Below, piece by piece: positions 25,174-37,817 of a stretch of 64,000 nt of DNA. This DNA comes from Eledone cirrhosa. Its lineage: Eukaryota. The translations under genes were made by a program, and so were the position numbers. The notes beneath the pieces were generated by a model. That model did no database searches and was not told the DNA's origin. It saw nothing but the letters and a program-made list of their open reading frames with translations. The stretch is from NCBI GenBank assembly GCA_964016885.1, contig OZ024743.1, forward strand, positions 246,822,001 through 246,886,000, read 5' to 3'. The first letter of the stretch is position 1. Every line of letters starts with the position of its first letter.

Positions 25174-27064
25174 CTGCAATAGAAAATCAGATGTCAAATT
25201 TAACCCTTTAGCATTTACACTACTCTATATATACTATTATATTTTCACAGTAAACACTTTACCTCACATAATTATCTCATATAATATTGAATCTATGAGA
25301 TTTCGATATTATTTATATTGAGAACAATACCTTAACATCAGTATGAGTGGCTGGTTACAGCCCATTTGAACAGAGAGAGGTGAAAGAATTCTGGTCGGAT
25401 AAGGCCAGTTTGAATACTAAAAGGTTAAACTAATACACTGTATAGCCACTCTCACTTCCTTCTCACACCCTGGATACTGCGGCAGAGAGAACAGGAGGGG
25501 TGTCACTATCTGTACACAGAGTAAACTTCTGAAATACTGTGATTTATTGGTAAACTACATTTTTCAACCTGAGACATTCAGAGAAGTTGGGTCACTGACA
25601 ACAAGGTTTTTGTCATTATTGGCAACTTGCTTCATGCTTCATTGAAATATCAGGTGATACTCATGAACGTCCTTGGCTATTTCAGTGTCATAGTCATGCA
25701 ATGCCATAAGAGTCTTGGCTTGTCCAGAAAATTTTGATAGGGAAACACCAGCATTTCTTGTTGTAATGTATAATTGAGTATACATGTCTTCTCTCCTTTC
25801 TTACTTCTATAATTTTTATTGATTTATTTCTTTTGTAAATTATATTTATCATATAAATAAAAACTCAAATATGTCACAATGCTTTATTAAAGAAATAATG
25901 TGTGATAAAACTTATGTAACATACCTACCATAACTTGCTCTAGGCTTGAAATTTGCAGCATGCACTAACTTATGCAAATTATTGGGTATGTATGGTATGT
26001 TTGTTATGTCATTACTTACTCTATATGTAGATAATATGTAGATAATGTCACATACTAGAACGGAAACAACTGCTTTAACAGAATTCGATTCTCCTAAAAT
26101 ACAAACGTGCCTATGACATTTTAGAGTTAGAGATTAGTAGTATTTAAGGTTAAAGGTTTGAGTTTAGAGATAAAATTTAGTGTAATGGGTTAGGGTTATA
26201 TTTAGAGGTTAGACTTGAATGAAACTGAGTTTGTGAGCATTTTGTTTTATGATGAAATATGGTGTCAAAGGTAAACATTAAGAATAAAACATATAGGCTA
26301 TAAATCTGATTAAAACAAACATAAATAATTTACAATATTGGATTATCTAGGAGAGCAGTTACTTTGAATAAAATAAGGCTGCACAAGGCAGAGGGGAGGC
26401 ACTGTGAGCTATAGTGAGACAACTCAACTAAGAGAACAGTCACTGAATAAAAACAGATAGTCAGACAACCTATTTAATGTTGGAGGCACAAATAATGTAC
26501 CCAGTCCACCCTGTAAAGTAGTTGGTGATAGTAAGGGCATCCAGCCAGAAAACTTTGTCAAAAACCATGACTAGTACTTGACTGGTACTTTATCTTATCA
26601 ACCCTGGAAGGGTGAAAAGCAAAGTTGACTTTGGCAGGATTTAAACTCAAAGTTTCAAGAGCTGGAACAAGTATTGCAAGGCATTTTATCTGATGTACTA
26701 ACTATTCTGCTAATCCAAAATAAAAATTTTGATATCACTATCATCATCATATTTTGACAGCTATGTTTACATGCTTGCATGGCTTGGACAGGTCTTTTCC
26801 TACACAGCTCCTCTCCACCTACTCTGTTCCTTTGTCATCTCCTCTACCAGTTTCAGCTTTTTGAGATCTACTCTTACCACTTCTTCCAAGGTCTTCTTTG
26901 GCCTCCCCTTACTGCAGCTTTCTTCCACTGAGAACTCCTGGCACTTCTTCACTCAACAATCATCATCTATGTTGGACAATACATTTGATTCCTCTTATAC
27001 CTAGTTTTTCTCTCTGCTTATCCATGCTTTGTTGTTCATGCATATTAATAAATCACTGACTTAC

Positions 27065-27658
27065 CTTTTGTTGATTCAGTCACATCACTTATGCTTTCAA
27101 TACAACTCTGTTCATCCAGTGATTTCTCCTGGTTATGGATATCAATATTATCTCTTTGCTCAGAGTTTGTTAATGAATAGTCAGCTTCAGATTCAAGATC
27201 TAGTAATGGATTCACCTTGGCATGCATGCTGAGATCATTATAACTGTTGTTCACAACTGACTGTGGAAATAATAGTTCAGAGCTGTTGTGTTCACTTATT
27301 ACTGTACTAGTGGTTGATTTAGCTATCCGTGGACTGTTATTCATAGATTTCCGTGATAATAGAGATCCTGTCTGACTATTGCCTTTGTTTTTAGCAGAAG
27401 ATTTTGAAGAACTGGATTTTACAGAGAATGACTGAGAAAATTTTGGTATTTGGTTCGACCTGTAAAGTTCACTAGTATGCCCAGAAAGGGGAGCATTATC
27501 ATAAGGAGAATCTCTAGTAGGTCTATGAATTTTCTCCTCTGGCAATCTCTGGGAGTAGTGTCTTAATATGGGTTGATTTGGTTCAATATTAGCTCCATAC
27601 TGTGCTGGATAACCACCATTTGTCTTTAATATCCTTCCACTACTTTGGTATGGTAAAC
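27065..27658 (-). CDS. Host gene exon D (594 nt): Ser/Asn-rich low-complexity region
   Basis: tttttaaacag|gtttacca...acaaaag|gtaagtc, phase 1-1. 198 open codons (GLPYQSSGRILK...PYDNAP...DVTESTK), overlapping ORF 27045..27545. Confidence 0.85.
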
Positions 27659-28017
27659 CTGTTTAAAAATAGAAAAAAAAAAATGTACTTGAAATGTTCT
27701 GATCTGTAAGTCGTTTCACAGAGGTTATATCTAAAACATTGCATTTCATTGATACATATAGTCATCTGGCTCAATAGAATCAAATTACTTTTAATTCCTA
27801 ATTCATTTTCAATTTAATTTTCATTTATCTCTGAGTGTATCCAGTTTATAATAGGTACACTGTATCCCTACACATTGTAAGAGGTACCAGGAAGGTCATC
27901 CGCCTGTAAAGCATTGCTTCAAAAGATCCCCACGATGAGTATAAATAAAGCTTTTCATGGGACACAAAAGATTAAGTTCAGCTTTAGCAAAGTAAAATGG
28001 CCTTACAACTGTAGCTG

Positions 28018-28755
28018 CCGCAGCCCCTCGTGAAGTAGATGGAGGGTGAAGGGTGTAGAAGCGGGATTTTTGACTTTCGAAGTAGCATAATATATGTATT
28101 TAAAGGAATTTATAAGAAGTAGAATGGGAAGGATTTTGTTTTTTGTTTGAGAATACGATAGAATTAAGGAATTGAGGAGCTGGAAGGTTATGAATGTTTA
28201 ACAAGCGATTAACAAAAAGCAAAACTGCAAGATTTGTTCTGTTCAATACGACAAAACATTGCTGCTTCAATTATTCCTACTACGGTGTACCCATGTAATC
28301 GTAACGTACACATTTTTCTATCTACTCCACGCTTCAATTTCGTACCTAGTCCAAACATCCAATCTCGCAAAACCCGAAATCTGTATTTTTTGTTATTTAT
28401 TTAGGTTTAAATACGGTTGTTTTTGTCGTATTGAACAGAACAAATCTTGCAGTTTTGCTTTTTGTTAATCGCTTGTTAAACATTCATAACCTTCCAGCTC
28501 CTCAATTCCTTAATTCTATCGTATTCTCCAATTCCTTAATTCTATCGTATTCTCAAACAAAAAACAAAATCCTTCCCATTCTACTTCTTATAAATTCCTT
28601 TAAATACATATATTATGCTACTTCGAAAGTCAAAAATCCCGCTTCTACACCCTTCACCCTCCATCTACTTCACGAGGGGCTGCGGTCAGCCACTCTCTCT
28701 CTCCCCCTTCCCCTCTCTCTCTCTCTCTTCCCCTTCCCCTCTCTCTCTCTCTTAG

Positions 28756-28792
<37 letters not shown>

Positions 28793-29072
28793 ATAAATTC
28801 CCCTTCATGTTTATTCACTTTTCGCCAATCCATTGCTGCTTCAATTATTCCTACTACGGTGTACCCATGTAATCGTAACGTACACATTTTCCTATCTACT
28901 CCACGCTTCAATTTCGTACCTAGTCCAAACATCCAATCTCGCAAAACCTGAAATCTGTATTTTTTGTTATTTATTTAGGTTTAAATACGGTTGTTTTTGT
29001 CGTATTGAACAGAACAAATCTTGCAGTTTTGCTTTTTGTTAATCGCTTGTTAAACATTCATAACCTTCCAGC
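28018..29072. repeat. Compound inverted plus direct repeat structure
   Basis: 28018-28256 is the inverse of 28421-28685, and 28257-28499 is repeated at 28831-29072. Confidence 0.9.
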
Positions 29073-29074
29073 TA

Positions 29075-30623
29075 GCTACCCCACACCCCTCCCACCCGCC
29101 CCCACACACCACCATTCTTAATACGTGGACCAATCATAAGCCAGACCCCCCCCCCACGCATCACCATTATTATTATTACGCGGACCAATCATAAGCCAGA
29201 GGCCTATACTATCGCTTGCCCGGTTGCCTTCGATATATGATGGATGGATGGATGGATGGACTGCGGAATCCTGGAGAGTGGAAGGGAGAGAAAAATCTGG
29301 ACGCTCAGAGCGAAAATGCCAAAGTTAAAGACAAATTCACCTCGTGGACGAGAATGCGAGCACTCCTCTTTGTTTCGTCCGCGGATGGCTAACATAACCC
29401 CATCTCCCCCCGCCCCCACCCTCCAAACGCAATCCAAAACTTCAGAGTTGGTACCATAAATGTAGGCACCCTAAAGGGTCGCGCTAACGAGGTTGTAGAA
29501 ATGCTTGAACGTAAGGAGGTCGATGTTTGTTGTATTCAAGAGACCAGGTGGAGGGGTGGGTCTGCTAGATTCATTGAGGGTAAAAAACGATGTTATAAGC
29601 TTTTCTGGGTGGGAAACGACGATGGGCTGGGTGGAGTAGGAATCATGGTAGCAGAAAAGTGGGCAGATAAGATAATAGACGTAAATAGAGTGAACGACAG
29701 AATAATTAAAATACGACTTGTCCTCAATAGAACTACGGTGACAGTAATATCTGCGTACGCACCCCAATCCGGACTGCCCGGCACTATAAAAGACAGATTC
29801 TATGAGACACTGATGCTAACTACCTCCCAAATATCTGACAGTGACTATATAATTATTGCAGGCGACCTAAATGGTCACATTGGACAACATTGTGACGGCT
29901 ACGACGAAATCCATGGAGGCTATGGGTTTGGTACTAGAAATGAGGAAGGCTCCAGAATCCTGGAATTCTGTGATGCAAATAACCTAACTATCTGTAACAC
30001 TAACTTCAAAAAACGTGACAATCACCTGATCACCTATAGATCCGGGGAACACACAAGCCAGGTAGATTATATCCTTACCAGAAGACGTGACAGAGTGTCT
30101 GTTGTAAACACTAAATCCCTCCCCCATGAAGAATGCACCTCCCAACATAGACTGATAATTAGCGACCTCATAGTCAGGACGAGACGTACTCGACAGCAGA
30201 AGAGGACTATCCTCAGGAGAAAAATATGGAAGCTAAAGGACCCCACAGCCAGAAATAAATTTCAAAGCATATTACTTGATGCTTTCGACAGCAAGGAAGA
30301 ACATTTAGAGTCGGACAATATAGAGGGACAGTGGGAATTTCTGAAAGCAAACCTGCTGTTGGCGACAGACGAAGTCTGTGGCTGGAGCAGGCCTGTAGGC
30401 AGGAGGAGAGTAACATGGTGGTGGAACAGTAAGGTGGAGGGGTCAATTAAGGCCAAAAAGCAGGCTTGGAAAGTATGGCGGGATGGGGGAAGTAGAGTAG
30501 ACTATCAAGTGGCCAGGAGGGAAGCTAGGAGAGAAGTGTACTTAGCAAGAAGGGAAGCTGAGGAAAGAAAGTTCAAGCATGTTCTACAACGCGATGACCA
30601 AAAACGTGAGGTGTTCAGGATTG
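29075..30623 (+). mobile_element. RTE LINE 5' part (5' UTR + endonuclease), same family as 32880-36850
   Basis: ORF 29501..30670 is closely similar to 33370-34490. It ends abruptly at caggattg. Confidence 0.92.
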
Positions 30624-31947
30624 TAGTAGGTTTCACTGACTGTAGTAGGTTTCACTTTGTACTTAGGTAAGGCGGCTCTTCTGTATTACTGTGTAGCGCC
30701 AAAGATCCCGGTCCAGTGACATTGTCTTGGAGAGGTGTAAGTGTGTGAAGTCGGAATTTATCAAGTCGTCCCAGGTTTTTCTGGATCTGCCTACTCCGTG
30801 GCTACCGTCTATTTTTATTGCCCTGCACTTTTTTATACAGCTGTCGTCTTTCATGCGCATCACGTGACCATACCAACGTAGTCTTCTCTCGAGTAAACAC
30901 CATCTGATCCCTCTTATTTCTAATTTTTCCCTTAGTTCGTTTATGCTTTGCCGTTCACGTATATTACTATTACACATCCTCTGCACACAATGTCCAGGTC
31001 TCACTGCCATGTAACATTGCTGTTCGTATGCAGGCATCATACAGCCTGCCTTTCATTTTTAGAGAGAACCCTTTAGCGGCTAATAGTGGTATAAGCTCTC
31101 TGAACTTTTTCCATCCAGTTCTGACTCTAGCTACTGTACTTTCAGAACACCTCCACCACTGCTGATTTTATCACCCAAGTAACGGAAGGTGTCCACTATT
31201 TCTATAGAACCATCTGTGCAATGGAATGAGCTAGTATTCTGTGGGCACTTGCTGCTACTTATTGCACAAGAGCACCGGCCAAATATAAAATCTATGTTCT
31301 TAGTTAGCTTACCTGTGATCCCACTACATCTTTTATGCACCCATACTTTGCATTTGGGACATAAAATGGAGTTTCTACCTACTCCTTTCCTACACACTGA
31401 GCATGGCCATTTCCCGGATGGGACCGGTGCCCTATTTTCCTTCCTACAAACTAGAACTTTAGTCTTAGACAGGTTAATTTTAAGGCCTTTTGATTCTAGG
31501 CCATGCTTCCATGTTTGGAATTTCTTCTCTAGTTCGGCCATTGATACAGCTGTGAGCATTAGATCATCTGCATATAGGATTCCCATGGGCAGCCAGTCTT
31601 GAAATCCACTGTTATAGCCTGAATATATAGTAGGGGGTTAAGAACGGAGCTCTGATGAACACCAACTTTTACGCTAAACTCTTCACTATATTCGTTGTTA
31701 ATTCTAACCTTGCTGACTGTTTCTTTATACATGGCTTGTATAGCTCTCACAAGCCATTCATCAACTCCTAGTTTTCTAAAAGCCAACCAGATAATGGAAC
31801 GGGGGGACTCTGTCAAAGGCTTTCTCCAAATCGACAAAAGCTAAGTATAGTGGTTTACTTTTAGTTAGGTACTTCTCCTGTAGTTGTCGTACAATGAAAA
31901 GAGTGTCTGTGGTACTTTTACCTGACACAAACCCGAACTGCATTTCA
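30624..31947 (-). mobile_element. RTE LINE 3' coding part (RT), inverted relative to the adjoining 5' part
   Basis: Reverse complement of about 35008-36370 ([14 protein letters not shown]...LYADD...KSRLT), lacking most of the 3' UTR. Confidence 0.92.
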
Positions 31948-32551
31948 TATATATATATACATATATATATATATACATATATATATACATACATACATAT
32001 ATATATATATATGCATATATATATATATACATATGTATATACATACATATATATATACATATATATATATATACATACATATATATATATACATACATAC
32101 ATATATATATACATATATATACATACATATATATATACATACATATATATATACATACATACATACATATATACATACATACATATATACATACATACAT
32201 ATATATATACATACATACATATATATATATACATACATATATATATATACACATACATATATATATACATACATACATATATATATACATACCAACCCGC
32301 TTAGACCAAAGTATGACTGAACTGGGATTTGCAGACAAAAAGCGCAGCTCCCTAATTCATAGTCTACAAATGGCTGCGATAGCTGGCACCTTCAAAATTT
32401 GCAAAACATTCTTGCGATTCAAGGGATGACAATTTCTTTTCTTTTACAACCTTGCCACCAGGAAGGTGGCCGGTCAAAAAAATAGACTCGAAATTAAGAG
32501 AAAGAGATACATACATACATACATACATACATACATACATACATACATACA

Positions 32552-32587
<36 letters not shown>

Positions 32588-32875
32588 TATATACATATTA
32601 TATATATATATACATACATATATATATACATATATATATACATACATATATATATACATATATATATACATACATATATATATACATATATATATACATA
32701 CATATATATATACATACATATATATATATATATACATATATATATACATACATATATATATATATACATATATATATACATACATACATATATATACATA
32801 CATACATATATATATACATACATATATATATACATACATACATATATATATATATACATATATATACATACATAT
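31947..32875. repeat. Compound (TA)n/(CATA)n microsatellite fields
   Basis: Seen directly. Similar fields at about 42010-42250, 42700-42908, 43516-43947 and 60355-60615. Confidence 0.97.
32292..32507 (+). mobile_element. 3' tip of a probable RLE-type (R2/R4-like) non-LTR retrotransposon
   Basis: Frame [13 protein letters not shown]...[21 protein letters not shown]-stop, a short 3' UTR, then a (CATA)n tract. Family assignment is from motif resemblance only. Confidence 0.5.
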
Positions 32876-32879
32876 TTTT

Positions 32880-35800
32880 CCAGGATTCATAGAAATGGCT
32901 TCTCTCTCTCTCGGCCCTCTAAAATCGCTTTCACCCCCACTCTCTCTCTATCATATACGTCGCTCTCTCACTCCCTCCGCACCAAATAAAAATAAGCCTG
33001 CTCCTCGCTAACTATCCCATACCCCGCCCCCACTCTCCATCTTATTATTTGGACTAATCACAAGTCAACGGCCTATGCTATCACTTCTGGTTGCTTTTCG
33101 ATATGATGGATGGACTAAGGAATTTCTGGAGAGTCTGAAGAATCTGGACACCCGAAGACAATGCCAAAGATAATGACAAATTCACTTCATGCTGCCGGAT
33201 GAAAGGGCAAGGCCCCCTCCTCTTTGTTGCGGGTGCGGATGGCCAACATAACTCCAACCCCATCCACCTCACCCCTCCCTGCGCCCTACCCACCAAACGC
33301 AATCCAAAACTTCAGAGTTGGTACCATGAATGTAGGCACCTTAAAAGGCCGCTCTAACGAGGTTGTAGAAATGCTTGAACGTAAGGAGGTTGATGTTTGC
33401 TGTATCCAAGAGACCAGGTGGAGGGGCGGGTCTGCTAGATTCATTGTGGTAAAAAACGATGCTATAAGATTTTCTGGGTGGGAAATGACAATGGGCTGGG
33501 TGGGGTAGGAATCATGTTAGCAGAAAAATGGGTGGATAAGATAATAGACGTAAATAGAGTGAATGACAGAATAATTAAAATAAGACTTGTTCTAAATAGA
33601 ACTACTGTGACGGTAATATCTGCGTACGCGCCCCAATCCGGACTGCCTGGTGCTATAAAAGACAGTTTCTATGAGATACTGATGCTCACTACCTCCCAAA
33701 TAACCGACAGTGACTATATAATTATTGCTGGCGACCTAAATGGTCACGTTGGACAACATTGTGACGGCTATGATGGAATCCACGGAGGCTATGGGTTTGG
33801 TACTAGAAATGAGGAAGGCTCCAGAATCCTGGAATTCTGTGACGCAAATAACCTAATTATCTGTAACACTAACTTAAAAAAATGAGACAATCACTTGATC
33901 ACCTACAGATCAGGGGAACATACCATCCAGGTAGATTATATCCTTGCCAGAAGACGTGACAGAGTGTCTGTTGTAAACACTAAATCCCTCCCCCATGAAG
34001 AATGCACTTCCCAACATAGACTCATAATTAGCGACCTCATAGTCAGGACGAGACGTACTCGATAGTAGAAGAGGACTATCCTCAGGAGAAAAATATGGAA
34101 GCTAAAGGACCCCACAGCCAGAAATAAATTTAAAAGCATATTACTTGATGCTTTCGACAGTAAGGAAGAGCATTTAGAGTCGTACAATATAGAGGAACAG
34201 TGGGAATTCCTGAAAGCAAACCTGCTGATGGCGGCAGACGAAGTCTGTGGCTGGAGCAGGCCTATAGGCAGGAGGAGAGTAACATAGTGGTGGAACAGTA
34301 AGGTGGAGGAGTCAATTAAGGCCAAAAAGCATTCTTGGAAAGTATGGCGGGATGGGGGAAGTAGAGAAGACTATCAAGTGGCCAGGAGGGAAGCTAGGAG
34401 ACAAGTGTACTTCGCAAGAAGGGAAGCAGAGGAAAGAAAGTTCAAGCATGTTCTACAACGCGAGGACCAAAAACGTGAGGTGTTCAGGATTGCTAGGCAA
34501 TGTGTCAAGGAAAACCATGATATTGTCGGGGAGAAGTGTGTACTTAATGATGATGGTGTACTTGCCATCACTGACGCTGATAAGAAGGTAGCTTGGAAGT
34601 GTCACTACGAAAGGCTACTAAATGAGGAGAATAAATGGGAGAAAGACAGTCTCCCCCACATCAACCCAATAGAGGGACCAGCAGTGTTAGTCGAAGGTAG
34701 TATAATAAGTAAGGCAATCAAAGATATGAAGACGGGTAAGGCGGCTGGGCCTTCGGAAATAGTTGCAGAAATGCTGAAAGCCTCTGGAACGGTGGGACAC
34801 ACCATGGTCACCCGGATAGTAAACCAAGTCATACAGAATGGGGTTGTTCCGAAGGACTGGCGTAGCAGCATCATCATTAACTGCTACAAGGGTAAAGGAG
34901 ATGCCCTAGATAGGAGTAACTATAGAGGCATTAAATTAATCGACCAGGTCATGAAGGTCACGGAAAAAGTAATAGCACAACTAATCAGAGAGAGAATTGA
35001 TCTAGATGAAATGCATTTCTAGTTTGTGTCAGGCAAAACTACCACAGACGCTCTTTTCATTGTACGACAACTACAGGAGAAGTACCTAGCTAAAAGTAAA
35101 CCCCTATACTTAGCTTTTGTCGACTTGGAGAAAGCCTTCGACAGAGTCCCCCATTCCATTATCTGGTGGGCTCTTAGAAAACTAGGTGTTGATGAATGGC
35201 TTGTGAGAGCTATACAAGCCATGTATAAAGAAACAGTCAGCAAGGTTAGAATTAACAACGAATATACTGAAGAGTTTAGTGTAAAAGTTGGTGTTCATCA
35301 GGGATTCATTCTTAGACCCCTACTATTTATTATTGCCCTTCAGGCTATAACAGTGGAGTTCAAGACCGGCTGCCCATGGGAACTCCTATACGCAGATGAT
35401 CTAACGCTCATAGCTGAATCAATGGCCGAACTAGAGAAGAAATTCCAAACATGGAAGCACGGCCTAGAATCAAAAGGCCTTAAAATTAACCTGTCTAAGA
35501 CTAAAGTTCTAGTTTGTAGGAAGGAAAATAGGGCACCGGTCCCATCCGGGAAATGGCCATGCTCAGTGTGTAGGAAAGGAGTAGGTAGAAACTCCATTTT
35601 ATGTCCCAAATGCAAAGTATGGGTGCATAAAAGATGTAGTGGGATCACAGGTAAGCTAACTAAGAACATAGATTTTACATGTGGCCGGTGCTCTGGTGCA
35701 ATAAGTAGCAGCAAGTGCCCACAGAATACTAGCTCTTTCAATTGCACAGAGGGTTCTATAGAAATAGTGGCCAGCTTCCGTTACCTGGGTGACAAAATCA

Positions 35801-36850
35801 GCAGTGGGGGAGGGTGCTCTGAAAGTACAGTAGCTAGAGTCAGAAATGGATGGAAAAAGTTCAGAGAGCTTATACCACTATTAGCTGCTAAAGGGTTCTC
35901 CCTAAAAATGAAAGGCAGGCTGTATGATGCCTGCATACGAACAGCAATGTTGCATGGCAGTGAGACCTGGGCATTGTGTGCAGAGGATATACGCAGACTA
36001 GAGAGGAACGAAGCTTGCATGCTCCGCTGGATGTGTAATAGTAATATACGTGAACGGCAAAGCATTAACGAACTAAGGGAAAAATTAGAAATAAGAGGGA
36101 TCAGATGTTGTTTACTCGAGAGAAGGCTACGTTGGTATGGTCACGTGATACGCATGAAAGATGACAGCTGTATAAAAAAGTGCAGGGCAATAAAAATAGA
36201 TGGTAGCCACGGAGTAGGCAGGCCCAGAAAAACCTGGGACGACTTGATAAATTCCAACCTCACACACTTACACCTCTCCAAGACAATGTCACTGGACCGA
36301 GATCTTTGGCGGTACACAGTAATAGAGAAGACCCGCCTTACCTAAATACAAAGTAAAACCTACTACAGTCAGTAGGTACCTCTAACAAAATACACCCCCG
36401 TCCCACTACCCCCACCCCATCCACACCACCCCTTTCAATGTAAAGTTATGTTGGTGCCACAACATCCAGGCCGAAACAAATGAGATCGTGTAGGTGTCAC
36501 GACAAAAAAACACACAGTCCACGCTGTAATGTGGCCGTGTAGGCAACATGGTAAAAACCTCCCAGCCCCACACTGTAGGTGTGGTTGGTTTTAGGAAGGG
36601 TATCCAGCTGTAGAAAACCCGCCAGACAGTCCACGCTGTAATGTGGCCGTGTAGGCAACACGGTAAAAACCTCCCAGCCCCACACTGTAAATGTGGTTGG
36701 TGTTAGGAAGGGCATCCAGCTGTAGAAAACCCGTCAGACAGTCCTATGCGAGCAAGACAATCACTCTTGCCTCAAGTGGGAAAACCCCCGTCCAAACCCA
36801 TGCAAGCGTGGAACACGGACGTTAAACGTTGATGATGATGATGATGATGA
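32880..36850 (+). mobile_element. Near full-length RTE-clade LINE (APE endonuclease + RT), disrupted
   Basis: Motifs [36 protein letters not shown], plus a Cys-rich insert after RT. Frameshifts near 33450 and 33880; stops near 34063, 34286 and 35020. The 3' UTR has a roughly 112-bp tandem duplication and a (GAT)n tail. Confidence 0.95.
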
Positions 36851-36856
36851 TATATA

Positions 36857-37746
36857 CAGGGTGTGGACGATATTTGTTTGCAATTTTCAACTGCTAATTT
36901 TATGCAAATTTTTTTTACTTCCGTTGTCACTCTTGTCTTCATAAAAATAGTGACTATATTTCCATTATTTATTTTCAGAATAATTGATTATGAATAATTT
37001 TGAACCTCCAAATTTGTGGATGAGACACGGACTTATTCTTGGAATCCGCGCCGGGAGAACAAATAAGGACCAGAAGATCAACTTCCAGAACAACAGGTGG
37101 CTTGCTGTCTCATCCAAAGACATGCCCAGTGTCATGCAGACAAAGTTTCCAGCGACAACATTGGTCTTAGGTGTCGTCAGCAGTCAAGGTGGCGTCATGC
37201 CACCTCACTTCTTCCCTGAGGGTTTCAAGCTGAACACCGATGGCTACATCTGCGTTCTGAGCGAGGTAGTAAAGCCTTGGATTGACCAGGTAGCTGCAGG
37301 TATGCCGTACGTGTGGCAGCAAGACTCAGCGCCCTGCCATACCAGCCGAAAGACCCAGCCTGGCTGTCAGAGAACTTCGTCGACCAGACTTCACCTGACA
37401 TATGGCCTCCCAGCTCGCCTGACTGCAACCCCCTCGACTTCTTTGTGTGGGGCGCAGTGGAACGAGACACCAACAGATCTAGCTGCAATACAAAAGATGA
37501 TCTGAAGGCCAGGATCACAAGTGCCTTTAGGGGCCTAAGTCGGGGGACAGTGACGAAGGCCTGTAGCCGGTTCCGAAGCCGCCTTGAGGCCGTCATCAAA
37601 GCCAATGGCGGGTTTATCGAGTGAGATCGAAAGAACAAGTCATGAAGACAAACTGACCCAAGTTTGATAAATATATCTTAAAAAATAAAACTAGTGTTAT
37701 TTTTACCTAGACAGTAATCTTGCGAACAAATATCGCCCGCACTCTA
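36857..37746 (+). mobile_element. Tc1/mariner DD37D (maT) internally deleted transposon
   Basis: TIRs cagggtgtggacgatatttgtttgcaa / ttgcgaacaaatatcgcccgcactcta with TA flanks. WQQDSAPCH...WPPSSPDCNPLD gives 37 residues between the last two Asp once one frameshift is corrected. Confidence 0.92.
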
Positions 37747-37773
37747 TATATGTGTATATGTATGTATATGTAT

Positions 37774-37809
<36 letters not shown>

Positions 37810-37817
<8 letters not shown>

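Noticed and set aside
31776-33011. Long YI/YM/HT-rich ORFs (also near 37720-38130, 41967-43990, 45757-46139 and 59500-60660)
   Set aside because: Translations of (TA)n/(CATA)n/(CA)n microsatellites; not protein-coding.
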